A stretch of DNA of 64,000 nt from Leptonemataceae bacterium (GTDB lineage Bacteria; Spirochaetota; Leptospiria; Leptospirales; Leptonemataceae), in the NCBI GenBank assembly GCA_965227295.1, contig OZ245742.1, positions 3,040,001 through 3,104,000 of the forward strand, read 5' to 3'. Shown piece after piece: positions 49,021 to 59,078 of the stretch (positions are counted from its first letter, which is position 1; every line of letters begins with the position of its first letter). The translations under genes were made by a program, and so were the position numbers. Under the pieces are notes generated by a model that had not been told where the DNA came from, searched no databases, and was given only the letters and a program-made list of their open reading frames with translations.

Positions 49021-50493
49021 GTGACCACGGCATCGAATCAAGAACTGCGCGAAATCGGCGAGCGCATTCGGGATCTCTTAGACGCGCTGGCGACGCAACG
49101 CGAAAGCGAGGACCGTCGCAGTCTCGCAAGCACCCCGGAAGAAACGCGAGAATTTTTGGCGGGCCTGGGGGATTGGTTCCCCGAGGAGCCGCTAACTTTC
49201 AATGAGTTAAAGTCTGAGATGATCGAAACGGCCCGGCGGTGCGTGGACGTGCGTCATCCGTTTACCGCGGCGCATTTGCACTGCCCGCCGCTGGCGGACG
49301 CCGTCGCGGCCGACGCCCTGGTCTCCGCGCTGAATCCTTCGATGGATTCCTGGGACCAGTCCGGTGCGGCCACCGTCGTGGAGAGTGAGCTGATTCGCCG
49401 GCTCGGCGAAGAATGTTTTGCCGCGCATACGACTGACGGCGTCTTCAGCAGCGGCGGTACGCAATCGAATCTCATGGGCCTGCTGCTCGCGCGGGAATGG
49501 GCCGTAAAAAAATGGACGCGTAGTTCGGTCTTCCAGGACGGCCTGCCCGAGGATCACCGGCGCTATCGCATTCTCTGTTCGGAAAACGCGCACTTCAGCG
49601 CGCTCAAAGCCGCCGCATTGCTCGGCCTCGGCGCGCGCTCCCTGGTGAAGGTAGGCGTCGACGAGGCCGGCCGCCTTGCGCCGGACGATCTTGCACGGGC
49701 GCATGCGGAACTACTAACTCACGGTGAACGCCCCTTTGTAGTTTTCGCCACGGCCGGCAGCACGGACCACGGCGCCGTCGACGATCTGAACGCCGTGGCG
49801 GACTTCTGCGATGCAAACGATCTGTGGATGCACGTGGACGCCGCGTACGGCGGCGCGCTCCTGTTCAGCCGTCAGCGCGATCGTTTGCGCGGGATCGAAC
49901 GCGCTCGCTCGGTGACCATGGACTTTCACAAGCTGTTCTTTCAGCCCATCGCGTGCAGCGCCTTTCTCGTCCGCCGGGCGGAGGATCTCAGCGCGATCAC
50001 CTACAACGCCGACTACCTCAATCGCGAGGACGACGTCTTCCCGAACCTGGTCGACAAATCCCTCGCGACCACCCGCCGCTTCGACGCCTTCAAGCTCTTC
50101 GTTTCCCTGCGCGGCCTCGGCCGCCGGAAATTCGCGGAGTACATCGACACGCTCCTGGAACTCACTCGATCCGCCGCGACGTTGCTGGCCGGACGCGAGG
50201 ACTTCGAACTGCTCGCGGAACCGCAGCTTACGACGGTGCTCTTTCGGTTGATCGACCCGCACGGCCAGTGGAGCGCGGAGGAAACCGACGCACGCAACAC
50301 ATCCGTGCGGGAGCAGTTGATCCGGAGCGGTGCGGCCGTGGTCGGCGAGAGCCGGGTGAACGGCCGGACGGCTCTTAAGTTTACGTTCATGAATCCTTAC
50401 TGCGAGGTCCAGGACGTAGTGGAACTCATTCAATGGATCGCGCGTGCGAGCGCGCACGATGCCGAGCACATGCCGGTGAGTAACGGAGGCTAA
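49021..50493 (+). CDS. PLP-dependent diaminobutyrate decarboxylase (RhbB/Ddc-like)
   Basis: AHLHCP, SWDQS, GGTQSNL, HVDAAYGG, DFHK. Confidence 0.92.
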   Translation: MTTASNQELREIGERIRDLLDALATQRESEDRRSLASTPEETREFLAGLGDWFPEEPLTFNELKSEMIETARRCVDVRHPFTAAHLHCPPLADAVAADALVSALNPSMDSWDQSGAATVVESELIRRLGEECFAAHTTDGVFSSGGTQSNLMGLLLAREWAVKKWTRSSVFQDGLPEDHRRYRILCSENAHFSALKAAALLGLGARSLVKVGVDEAGRLAPDDLARAHAELLTHGERPFVVFATAGSTDHGAVDDLNAVADFCDANDLWMHVDAAYGGALLFSRQRDRLRGIERARSVTMDFHKLFFQPIACSAFLVRRAEDLSAITYNADYLNREDDVFPNLVDKSLATTRRFDAFKLFVSLRGLGRRKFAEYIDTLLELTRSAATLLAGREDFELLAEPQLTTVLFRLIDPHGQWSAEETDARNTSVREQLIRSGAAVVGESRVNGRTALKFTFMNPYCEVQDVVELIQWIARASAHDAEHMPVSNGG

Positions 50494-50494
50494 T

Positions 50495-52303
50495 ATGCAG
50501 AAAACACAGGTTAAAGTTGATTTTAGTTATCAGGCGGTCTTGAACTGCTTCTTGCGCGAGACGGCGGACTGGAGCCGGCTCCCCCTCGAACACGAAGCCT
50601 GCCCGGAGGAATTTCGGGAGGCCGGGCTGGACTCTTTCGCGTTGATTCCGCTGACCGGAGAACGAGAAATCGCCGTGGGCATTCGGTACCACTCGTTGAC
50701 TCTGCGCCATCAACTACAGTTCCCGGTACTCACGCGTGCGCGCGGCGAGGCCTGGCATAGAATGGACCTGGCGGATTTTGTAGAGCAAAGCCTGCGCAGC
50801 ACGGCGGAGAAATTGAACGTGAAACGCCGGCCGGAGCCGGAGTTGCTGATCCGCAAAATTCAGAACAGCGCCGCGAACATCGAGCGATTCATTGAAGCGC
50901 GCTCGGCGGATATAACGGCGCTCAACAGCGCGGCGCCGCAATCGTTCATCGAGTCCGAGCAGAGTTTGCTCATCGGTCACCAGACGCATCCCGTCGGCAA
51001 AACGCGTGAGGGTTTCGACGATGCGGAGATGGAACTCTATTCGCCGGAGTTGCAGGGCCGCTTCGCGCTGCATTTTTTTCGAGTGCATCCATCCGTGCTG
51101 CACAGCGACTCCGCCGTTCCCGGCCGGAGCACGGATCAAATCTTACGCGACATGATCGCGCAGGATCCCGCGGTGAGCGCGGAGTTCCGTGAACGTTGCG
51201 ATGAAAAGCGCGATTGGGCGCTGCTTCCCGTGCATCCCTGGCAGGCGCGGTACGTGCGGGAGCACGTGCCGGAAGTGCGCGAGTTGTTTGCGCAAGGTTT
51301 GCTGGAGGACCTCGGCCCGGCGGGTTCGGAGTTCACGCCGACGACTTCGATCCGTACGGTCTATCGCGAAGGTTTTGAGTTCATGTTTAAGTTTTCGCTG
51401 AACGTGAAGATCACCAACAGCGTGCGTGTCAGCCTCGCGCGGGAACTGGATCGCTCCGTGGAGATGGCGCGACTCATGTCGACCGACTACGGTCGGACGA
51501 TCCAGGCGGACGTGCCCGAATTCGTGTTCATCCAGGATCCGGCGTACGTCGCGGTGAAATGGAACGGCAAAGTGATCGAACCGCTGTCGTGTACGCTGCG
51601 CGACGCCGCAACGGTGAACGGTGTCCAGGACATCAGCGCGGTGGCCGCCCTGGTCCAGGATCACCCGCGCGGCGGCGTGCCGCGTTTGGGCAGCATCATC
51701 GAAGGCATTGCCGCGCGCGAAAGCCGCGATGTCGAAGCCGTCAGCCTCGATTGGTATCGCGCGTACTTAAGCGTGAGCATCTACAATCTGCTCAAACTGT
51801 TCTTCAAGTGGGGCCTGTGTTTCGAAGCGCACGGTCAAAATTCGTTGCTGGAACTCAAGAACGGTTATCCGGTGCGGTACTTTTACCGCGACAGCCAGGG
51901 ATACTTTCATCGCGCCGCCGCTCATGAGGACTTCACGAAGGTCATTCCGCGATTGGGCGAAGTCACCGAGTCGATCTTTCCCGAGGACCTCGCCAACGAA
52001 CGTCTGGTCTATTATCTCATCGTGAACCAGGTTTTTTCGATCATCAACGCGCTGGGAACCCAGGGCCTGGCCGACGAACACGAACTCATGCGTGAGTTCG
52101 ATGTCATGCTGGATCGTGTCGCCGAAGACGGCGCGCGTTATCCGACGACGATGATCGATCAGCTCAAGAACCTGGAACGTCTCCCGTGCAAAGGCAATCT
52201 GCTCACGCAGTTGTTCGACATGGACGAACTGGTGGGGGACATCGCGACGCAGTCGGTGTACGTTACGATTCCGAACATCGTAAGGCAAGGGGGAGTCGGA
52301 TGA
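50495..52303 (+). CDS. IucA/IucC family NIS siderophore synthetase (RhbC-like)
   Basis: EQSLLIGHQTHP, LPVHPWQ, TTSIRT, KITNSVR, EAHGQN, YRDSQG. Confidence 0.93.
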   Translation: MQKTQVKVDFSYQAVLNCFLRETADWSRLPLEHEACPEEFREAGLDSFALIPLTGEREIAVGIRYHSLTLRHQLQFPVLTRARGEAWHRMDLADFVEQSLRSTAEKLNVKRRPEPELLIRKIQNSAANIERFIEARSADITALNSAAPQSFIESEQSLLIGHQTHPVGKTREGFDDAEMELYSPELQGRFALHFFRVHPSVLHSDSAVPGRSTDQILRDMIAQDPAVSAEFRERCDEKRDWALLPVHPWQARYVREHVPEVRELFAQGLLEDLGPAGSEFTPTTSIRTVYREGFEFMFKFSLNVKITNSVRVSLARELDRSVEMARLMSTDYGRTIQADVPEFVFIQDPAYVAVKWNGKVIEPLSCTLRDAATVNGVQDISAVAALVQDHPRGGVPRLGSIIEGIAARESRDVEAVSLDWYRAYLSVSIYNLLKLFFKWGLCFEAHGQNSLLELKNGYPVRYFYRDSQGYFHRAAAHEDFTKVIPRLGEVTESIFPEDLANERLVYYLIVNQVFSIINALGTQGLADEHELMREFDVMLDRVAEDGARYPTTMIDQLKNLERLPCKGNLLTQLFDMDELVGDIATQSVYVTIPNIVRQGGVG

Positions 52304-52872
52304 TCGCGAATGCGACGCGCGTGGAGTTGCGCCCGGTGAATGTGGAGCGCGATGCGGAGCAGGTCTACGCCTGGTCCCGGCGTCCGCACGTGCGCGAATT
52401 CTGGCAGGACCTGGGCGACAACCGGGTCGACGTAGGCGAGTATCTGCTCGCTAAGATAATCTTAGAGCATCTTAATCCTTACATCATCGTCATCGACGGC
52501 ACGGACGCCGGTTATGCGGAACTCTACGATTACAACCGCGATCCGGTGGCGCAGATCTTTCCCGGCGAGGACGGGGACCGGGGCTGGCACATCTTTCTTG
52601 GCGAAGAACGTTTTCTGGGTACCGGTCACGCCATGCACGCGGGGCACGCGATTCTCGCGACGTTGTTCGAACATGAGAATTGCCGGCGGGTGCTCTGCGA
52701 ACCGGACGAACGCAACGCACGCATGTTGCGTTTCGTGCAGAAGCTCGGCCATCGCCCCATCGGCACGGCCGTCCTGCCGGACAAAATCGCGACGATCCTG
52801 GCGTGCCGCCGGGAGGACTTTGCGGACCTCGGCCCGCTTCCGAACGTTTCGAAATCAGAGAGGACTTTATGA
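52300..52872 (+). CDS. Siderophore N-acyltransferase (RhbD/IucB-like GNAT)
   Basis: PHVREFW, DRGWHIFLGE, EPDERN, LPDK; ATGA overlap. Confidence 0.88.
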   Translation: MIANATRVELRPVNVERDAEQVYAWSRRPHVREFWQDLGDNRVDVGEYLLAKIILEHLNPYIIVIDGTDAGYAELYDYNRDPVAQIFPGEDGDRGWHIFLGEERFLGTGHAMHAGHAILATLFEHENCRRVLCEPDERNARMLRFVQKLGHRPIGTAVLPDKIATILACRREDFADLGPLPNVSKSERTL

Positions 52873-54236
52873 AACTATGTAAGCACGACCTGGCCGGTGT
52901 CGGCATCGGCCCCTTCAATCTCAGCCTGGCGGCGTTGCTCGAGCCCCTGCGAGCGAACGGCGAAAACGTGCGGCCTGTATTTTTTGAAAGCAAACCGCAA
53001 TTCGACTGGCACAGCGGGATGATCCTGCCCGGTACCACGCTGCAGGTTCCGTTCCTGGCAGACCTGGTGAGCATGGCGGATCCGACGAGTCGCTTCTCGT
53101 TTTTGAACTACCTGCACGAAATGCGGCGCCTGTATCGGTTCTATTTTTACGAAAACTTCAAGATCCCGCGCAAAGAGTACAATCAGTACTGTCGTTGGGT
53201 CGCGGAGCAACTGGACAGCCTGCAGTTCGGCGCGCGTGTAATCGACGTGCGGCCGTTGAACGACGGGGGCTTTGAGTTGTACTATCGTCCCGCGGGGGGC
53301 GGTGCAACTCAGTCTGTAACTTCTGCAAATGTTGTGTTAGGCTACGGCACCGTCCCGAACGTACCGGAATGCGCGCGGCCGTTTTTGGGCGACGGCGTGT
53401 ATCACACCGCACAGTTTCGCAACAATCGAGAACGTTTCGCGAACGCCGGACGCATTGCCGTTTTCGGCAGCGGGCAGAGCGCCGGAGAGTGTGTGCTCAG
53501 TTTGCTGCAGGATCAGGCGGAGCGGCGCTACTCCCTGGATTGGTTCACCCGCGGCCCCGGCTTTTTGCCCATGGAGTATTCGAAGCTCGGTCTCGAACAT
53601 TTTTCACCGGAGTACATCGACTACTTTCACGGACTGCCCGCGGCGGCGCGCGATCGCATTCGTGCCGGCCAGAACTTGTACTACAAAGGCATGTCCGATG
53701 ATACCATCGCCGCGATCTACGACACGCTGTACGAACTGCAGCTCGAAGCCGACGCCGTACCGGTGACCCTGGCCGGCAACACGGAGTTGCTCGACATCCA
53801 ACGTGACGGCCGGGGCTTCGCTTTGCATCTGCGACACCGCGAACTGGATCGTCGTTTTGTCCGCAACGTCGACGCGGTCCTTCTGGGTACCGGTTACGCC
53901 TATCGTCTGCCGGAGTTTCTCGACAACCTGTTGCCGATTCTCGAACGCGACGAACAGGGGCGCCTGGCAATCGATCGCGACTATCGCGCGCGACGAAACG
54001 ACGGCCGGCCCGGAGACGTCTTCGTTCAAAACGGGGAGATCCACAGTCACGGCATCGGCGCGCCGGACCTGGGCCTCGGTGCGTATCGCAGCGCGAGCAT
54101 CGTGAATACGCTGCTCGGTCGCGCCGCGTATCGCCTGGATCGGAAGAACGTTTTTCAGACCTTCGGTGTGCCCGATGTCGACGTCGATGTCGTGGCAACG
54201 AGCGACGATCTCGCCGGTGTCCTGGGAGGAGCATGA
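52869..54236 (+). CDS. N-hydroxylating flavin monooxygenase (RhbE/IucD-like)
   Basis: GIGPFNLSLA, WHSGM, LQVPFLADLV, GSGQSA, LGTGY, APDLGLG. Confidence 0.93.
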   Translation: MKLCKHDLAGVGIGPFNLSLAALLEPLRANGENVRPVFFESKPQFDWHSGMILPGTTLQVPFLADLVSMADPTSRFSFLNYLHEMRRLYRFYFYENFKIPRKEYNQYCRWVAEQLDSLQFGARVIDVRPLNDGGFELYYRPAGGGATQSVTSANVVLGYGTVPNVPECARPFLGDGVYHTAQFRNNRERFANAGRIAVFGSGQSAGECVLSLLQDQAERRYSLDWFTRGPGFLPMEYSKLGLEHFSPEYIDYFHGLPAAARDRIRAGQNLYYKGMSDDTIAAIYDTLYELQLEADAVPVTLAGNTELLDIQRDGRGFALHLRHRELDRRFVRNVDAVLLGTGYAYRLPEFLDNLLPILERDEQGRLAIDRDYRARRNDGRPGDVFVQNGEIHSHGIGAPDLGLGAYRSASIVNTLLGRAAYRLDRKNVFQTFGVPDVDVDVVATSDDLAGVLGGA

Positions 54237-56089
54237 TTATGATGATCGATCAAACACAAACACAAAGTTACGAACGGCTCCAGGCAGCCCTCGACGAACG
54301 CACCTGGGCACAGGCCAACCGGCGACTCGTCGCGAAGATCCTCTCGGAGTTTATGTACGAAGAGATCATCGCGCCGGAAGCGAACGAAGACGTGCCGGAC
54401 GGATTTACCCTGCAAATCGTCGAGGGCCTGCGCTATGAGTTCCGGACGCTGCGGCGAGAATTCTTCGGCTTTCATCGCGTGATTCCGGAAAGTGTCGTGC
54501 GCTACGGCGTACCGGCGGAAACGCACGGTGACGCTCCGGACGTAATCACGCTCTTAGAAGATCTTCACCGTATGCTAAGGATGGACCCGGGCATCCTGGC
54601 GCCGGCCCTGCGCGAGATTCTCAATACACTCGTGGCGGACTGTCACATGCTGCAGAATCCGCAGTCGCTCTCCGCGCGACAGTGGCTGGAGACGCCGGAT
54701 GCCTGGCTGGAAGGCGAACTCAGCGCTCATCCCTGGATCGTGGCGAACAAGAGCCGCCTGGGCTTCAGTTACGCGGACTATCGGAACTTCGCGCCGGAAA
54801 GTAAAAAACCTCTGCGTTTGCTGTGGCTCGCGGCGCGGCGAAACGTGGCGGACTTTCGATCCGTGCCGGGCTGGAACTACGAAGAGTTGATCGCGGGCGT
54901 CCTGGACCCCGAAGATCGCGAGCGTTTTGAGCGGGCCCTTAAAGCGCGCGCGGAACGGCCGGAAGATTTCTACATGCTTCCGGTACATCCGTGGCAGTTC
55001 GAGAATCGTATCGCCTGTTTGTTTGCGCGGGAGCTGGCGACGAAAGATTTGATCGTGCTCGGCGAAGGGCGTGACAACTATCTTCCGCAACAATCCATTC
55101 GCACGCTGAGCAATCTAACACACCCGGAGCGGCCGTTTGTAAAACTGCCCATCAGCATTTTGAATACTTCGGTGTATCGCGGTTTGCCGTCGGAACGTAC
55201 GAAGACCGCCCCGGAACTTTCGGCCTGGCTGCAATCCATGGTGGATCGTGACGCCTTCTTAACGGAGGAGTGCCGGATCATTCTGCTCGGCGAGTTTGCG
55301 AGTCTCAACGTCAGTCATCCGTTTTACAGTCGCCTCGATCAGGTGCCGTACCAGTACAACGAGTTGCTGGGCGTGATCTTTCGCGAAAGCCTGGAGACTC
55401 GCCTGGACGACGACGAACGCGCGTTGCCGCTGGCCGCGCTCTTCGAACGCGATCGCTACGGTGACTCGGTGCTGCGCGCGATCATCGACGCCTCGGAACT
55501 TTCGCCGGCGCAGTGGATCGACGCGTTTCTCGAAGCGGTGCTCTTGCCGTTGCTGCATTTTCTGTACAAATACGGCTTTGTATTTTCACCGCACGGTCAG
55601 AACGCGCTCATCGCGCTCCGCAATCACACGCCCACGCGGTTGGTGATCAAAGACTTCGTGGACGACGCGAACCTCAGCGTGGACCCGCTGCCCGAACACG
55701 AGGAACTGCCCGAGCACATCTACGACCTGCTCGACTCCCTGGAACCGTCGGTGCTGATTCAGTGGATCCAGAGCGGACTGTTCGTCTGCGTCTTTCGTTA
55801 CCTTACGGAAATCCTGGAAGACGACGGGCTTCTGACCGAGACGGACTTCTGGGAACGCGTCGTACAAACCATGCGCGCTTACGAACAACGTTTTCCCGAA
55901 CTACAGGATCGTTTCGCGCACTTTAACATGTTCGCGCCGGTCTTTCCGAAGCTCACGCTGAACAGCACGCGTCTGCTGGACATCGGTTACGCCGACAGCG
56001 CCGAACGGCCCACGGCCTCCGTGGCAAGCATGCTGGAGAATCCCCTGTATGCCGTCGAACAAAACATGAAACAGAAGGTAAGCCAATGA
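54233..56089 (+). CDS. IucA/IucC family NIS siderophore synthetase (RhbF/IucC-like)
   Basis: HPWIVANKSRLGF, PVHPWQ, QQSIRT, SPHGQN, IKDF. Confidence 0.93.
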   Translation: MIMMIDQTQTQSYERLQAALDERTWAQANRRLVAKILSEFMYEEIIAPEANEDVPDGFTLQIVEGLRYEFRTLRREFFGFHRVIPESVVRYGVPAETHGDAPDVITLLEDLHRMLRMDPGILAPALREILNTLVADCHMLQNPQSLSARQWLETPDAWLEGELSAHPWIVANKSRLGFSYADYRNFAPESKKPLRLLWLAARRNVADFRSVPGWNYEELIAGVLDPEDRERFERALKARAERPEDFYMLPVHPWQFENRIACLFARELATKDLIVLGEGRDNYLPQQSIRTLSNLTHPERPFVKLPISILNTSVYRGLPSERTKTAPELSAWLQSMVDRDAFLTEECRIILLGEFASLNVSHPFYSRLDQVPYQYNELLGVIFRESLETRLDDDERALPLAALFERDRYGDSVLRAIIDASELSPAQWIDAFLEAVLLPLLHFLYKYGFVFSPHGQNALIALRNHTPTRLVIKDFVDDANLSVDPLPEHEELPEHIYDLLDSLEPSVLIQWIQSGLFVCVFRYLTEILEDDGLLTETDFWERVVQTMRAYEQRFPELQDRFAHFNMFAPVFPKLTLNSTRLLDIGYADSAERPTASVASMLENPLYAVEQNMKQKVSQ

Positions 56090-56721
56090 CTGCAACGACG
56101 GAAGTATTTATGCCGCGCACCGAGTGTCTCTTCGAACACTGTGCCTACTCCGAACACTATCCCATGGCGAACAAGACCATCTGGATGCGTCCGGTGGATG
56201 TGCACTTTGATCTGAGCGTCATTCATCGCTGGATGAACCTGCCGCACGTCGAGAAGTTCTGGGAGAAGGCATGGCCGATCGAAAAAATCCGCGAATATCT
56301 CGTGGAATGCAAAGAACGAACCGGCTTCGATCCGCACATTGTGTACATGGACGAGGAACCCTTCGGTTACATCGAGATCTACGATCCGGCTCACGACCGC
56401 ATGAAGGAGTATTATGACGTGGAGCCCCACGATCAGGGCCTGCATATCTTAATCGGCGAAGAGAAGTACTTAAAACGATTTATCATTCGCCTGAGCCTTT
56501 CGGTGATTCGTTTTACGTTTCTGCACCGGCCGGGCACGCGGCGCATCATCGGTGAACCGGACGAACGCAATCGCCAGGTGCTCGGTCTCATGCGTTACGT
56601 CGGCTTTCGCCCCGTACGCAAGCTCGAACTTCCGGAGAAGGTCGCGGAGTTTATGATCCTCCGTCGCGAGGAATACGAACAGGCCCACGGCAAAATCCAG
56701 GCGAGCGCTCATGCAGGCTGA
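56086..56721 (+). CDS. Second siderophore N-acyltransferase (GNAT)
   Basis: HRWMNLPHVEKFW, DQGLHILIGE, GEPDERN, LPEK. Confidence 0.88.
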   Translation: MTATTEVFMPRTECLFEHCAYSEHYPMANKTIWMRPVDVHFDLSVIHRWMNLPHVEKFWEKAWPIEKIREYLVECKERTGFDPHIVYMDEEPFGYIEIYDPAHDRMKEYYDVEPHDQGLHILIGEEKYLKRFIIRLSLSVIRFTFLHRPGTRRIIGEPDERNRQVLGLMRYVGFRPVRKLELPEKVAEFMILRREEYEQAHGKIQASAHAG

Positions 56722-57529
56722 ACCGCTCGTACGCATACGCAATCTGCGCAAGAGCTACGAGGTCGGCCGGCCGGTGTTGCGTGATGTTTCCCTGGATCTC
56801 ACGGCCGGTCGCATTACGGCGTTGCTCGCGCGAAACGGCGCGGGCAAGTCCACGGCCATCGCGCTCCTGGCGGGCAAGCTCAAACCCGACGGCGGCAGCA
56901 TCGCCTGGGGCGGCGCGTCGGCCATTCCCCCGGCGGACGTCGGAGTGGCCCCCCAGGACACGGGTGTGTATCCCGATCTTACCACGGAAGAAAACGTAAG
57001 ATTCATGGGCCGTTGCTACGGACTGGGAGGGCGCGATCTCGCGGGCCGCGTCGCGGAAACCGTGGAACTCTTCGGCCTGGAACGATTGGCCCGGCAGCGC
57101 GCGCGCACGCTTTCCGGAGGACAGAAGCGTCGTTTGCATACGGCCATGGCCGTGGTTCATCGGCCGCGACTGATCCTGCTCGACGAACCCACGGTGGGCT
57201 CCGACCCGGGCGCCCGTAACTATATATTAAATGCGGTTAAGGAACTCGCCCGCCGCGGTTCGGCGATCCTGTATACGAGCCACTACTTTCCGGAAATAGA
57301 GGCCCTGAATGCCGACGTGGCGATCCTGCACCAGGGCATCATCAAAACCTGTGCTCCGCTTCAGGAATTGATTGCGCGGTACGGCGTCGGCGTGCGGCGC
57401 GTCGTTCGGCCCGAGGCGGACCTGGAGTCGGTTTTTCTACGAATGACGGACGAAGCGCAGGATGATGAGCCGACCGCGCGGCATCAGGAGGAACGTTATG
57501 AAACACAGCCTGAATATACTCGCGCATGA
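56711..57529 (+). CDS. ABC exporter ATP-binding protein
   Basis: RNGAGKST, LSGGQKRR, LLDEPTVG. Confidence 0.9.
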   Translation: MQAEPLVRIRNLRKSYEVGRPVLRDVSLDLTAGRITALLARNGAGKSTAIALLAGKLKPDGGSIAWGGASAIPPADVGVAPQDTGVYPDLTTEENVRFMGRCYGLGGRDLAGRVAETVELFGLERLARQRARTLSGGQKRRLHTAMAVVHRPRLILLDEPTVGSDPGARNYILNAVKELARRGSAILYTSHYFPEIEALNADVAILHQGIIKTCAPLQELIARYGVGVRRVVRPEADLESVFLRMTDEAQDDEPTARHQEERYETQPEYTRA

Positions 57530-58265
57530 ACTGCGCATCGCCCGGGGCGACCCGGCGTTGTTCGCGATCCTGTTCGTGATGCCGTTTACGGTGTTGTATC
57601 TCGTGGCGCCGGCCATGCGTCCGGCCATGATCATGCAGGGTTACGCGGACGCGAGCGGGGCCGAGCAGGCCATGCCCGGCATGGCGGTGCTCTTCGGAAA
57701 CTTCGGCATGGCCTTCCTGGCTTTCGCCGTCTTTCGCGAGCACACCTGGAACACCTGGGACCGTTTGATGTACGCGCCGGTGCCCCGCGCGTCGATCTTC
57801 GCCGGCAAGGCCCTGTTGCCCTTCGGCTTAGTAGTGATTCAACAGATCTTAATGCTCGGCGCGGCGCATTTAATTTTCGACGTGCAGCTGAGCGGAAGCT
57901 TCGCCGCGTATTGCCTGATCGCCGGGGCCTTTGCGTTGTTCGTCGTGTCGGCGGGTTTTCTCTGCACGGCGGTGTTCTCCTCGATGCAACAGGTGAACGC
58001 CGTTATCAACATCGGCTCGTTGCTGCTGGCGGGTCTCGGCGGGGCCTTCGCTCCCATCGAACACCTGCCGCCGTGGATGCAGAGCGCGGCCGTGTTTTCT
58101 CCGAACTACTGGGCCATCGCTTCGTTTAAGGCGATCATCCTGGACGGCGCGGGTCTCCGGCAGGTGTTGCCGGCGGCGGGCATTCTCACGGGCATCGCCG
58201 TACTGTGTTTCGCGGGGGCGATCCTGCGCTTCAGGGATGAACATCGTAAAATGTCCTGGGCCTAG
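57498..58265 (+). CDS. ABC-2 type exporter permease
   Basis: About six TM segments, GGAFAP, LPPWMQ, PNYWA; AGGAGG upstream of ATG 57498. Confidence 0.87.
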   Translation: MKHSLNILAHELRIARGDPALFAILFVMPFTVLYLVAPAMRPAMIMQGYADASGAEQAMPGMAVLFGNFGMAFLAFAVFREHTWNTWDRLMYAPVPRASIFAGKALLPFGLVVIQQILMLGAAHLIFDVQLSGSFAAYCLIAGAFALFVVSAGFLCTAVFSSMQQVNAVINIGSLLLAGLGGAFAPIEHLPPWMQSAAVFSPNYWAIASFKAIILDGAGLRQVLPAAGILTGIAVLCFAGAILRFRDEHRKMSWA

Positions 58266-58285
58266 CTCAATCTCGGGAGCGATTT

Positions 58286-59071
58286 ATGGATATATTTCTA
58301 ACGAACTTCATGCTTGAGTACCGGCCGCAAATCTTCGCCGGCTTTGGTGTCCTGCTCCTTGTCGAGTTGATCTGGAGTTGGAGGCGCAAGAAACACAACT
58401 ATGATCTGAGAGAGAGCGCGGCCAATGTTTTTATGTACGGCACGTTGCTGAGCAGTAAGATTTTCCTCGGGGCGTATCAGATCTTTCTGCTGTACTTAAC
58501 TTACGACTACAGATTATTTACGATCGAGTCGAACGTCTATACGTTCGTGGCGGTCTTCGTGCTCGCGGAGTTCACGTACTACTGGCAGCACCGGCTCATG
58601 CACGAATCGAAGCCGTTCTGGGCCGTGCATCTCGTGCATCACTCAAGCCCCTGGATGAACCTGACGACGAGTTTGCGCCTGCCGTGGCTGGACCCCGTCG
58701 TGCAGCCGCTCTTTCATTTGTGGATGATCTTCATCGGCTTTCATCCGTTGCTCGTGGGCGCGGCCGTACTTTCGAATCTGTTTTATCAGTACTGGCTGCA
58801 CACCGAGATGGTGCCGAAGCTGGGTTTCCTGGAAGGCTGGCTCAATACACCCTCGGCGCACCGCGTGCATCACGCCTCGAACCACGTCTACATCGACAAA
58901 AACTACGGCGGCGTAACGATGATCTTCGACCGCATCTTCGGAACCTACCAGGCGGAGACGGAACCGCCGGTTTACGGTGTGACCACCGGATTCCAGGGAC
59001 ACAACCCGTTCAAGATTCAGGTAATCGGGATATGGGATTTCGTGCGCGGGAAGTTCGACTACAAAGGATAA
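58286..59071 (+). CDS. Sterol desaturase / fatty acid hydroxylase family protein
   Basis: His boxes YYWQHRLMH, HLVHHS and HRVHH; KNYGG. Confidence 0.9.
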   Translation: MDIFLTNFMLEYRPQIFAGFGVLLLVELIWSWRRKKHNYDLRESAANVFMYGTLLSSKIFLGAYQIFLLYLTYDYRLFTIESNVYTFVAVFVLAEFTYYWQHRLMHESKPFWAVHLVHHSSPWMNLTTSLRLPWLDPVVQPLFHLWMIFIGFHPLLVGAAVLSNLFYQYWLHTEMVPKLGFLEGWLNTPSAHRVHHASNHVYIDKNYGGVTMIFDRIFGTYQAETEPPVYGVTTGFQGHNPFKIQVIGIWDFVRGKFDYKG

Positions 59072-59078
59072 ACGCCAC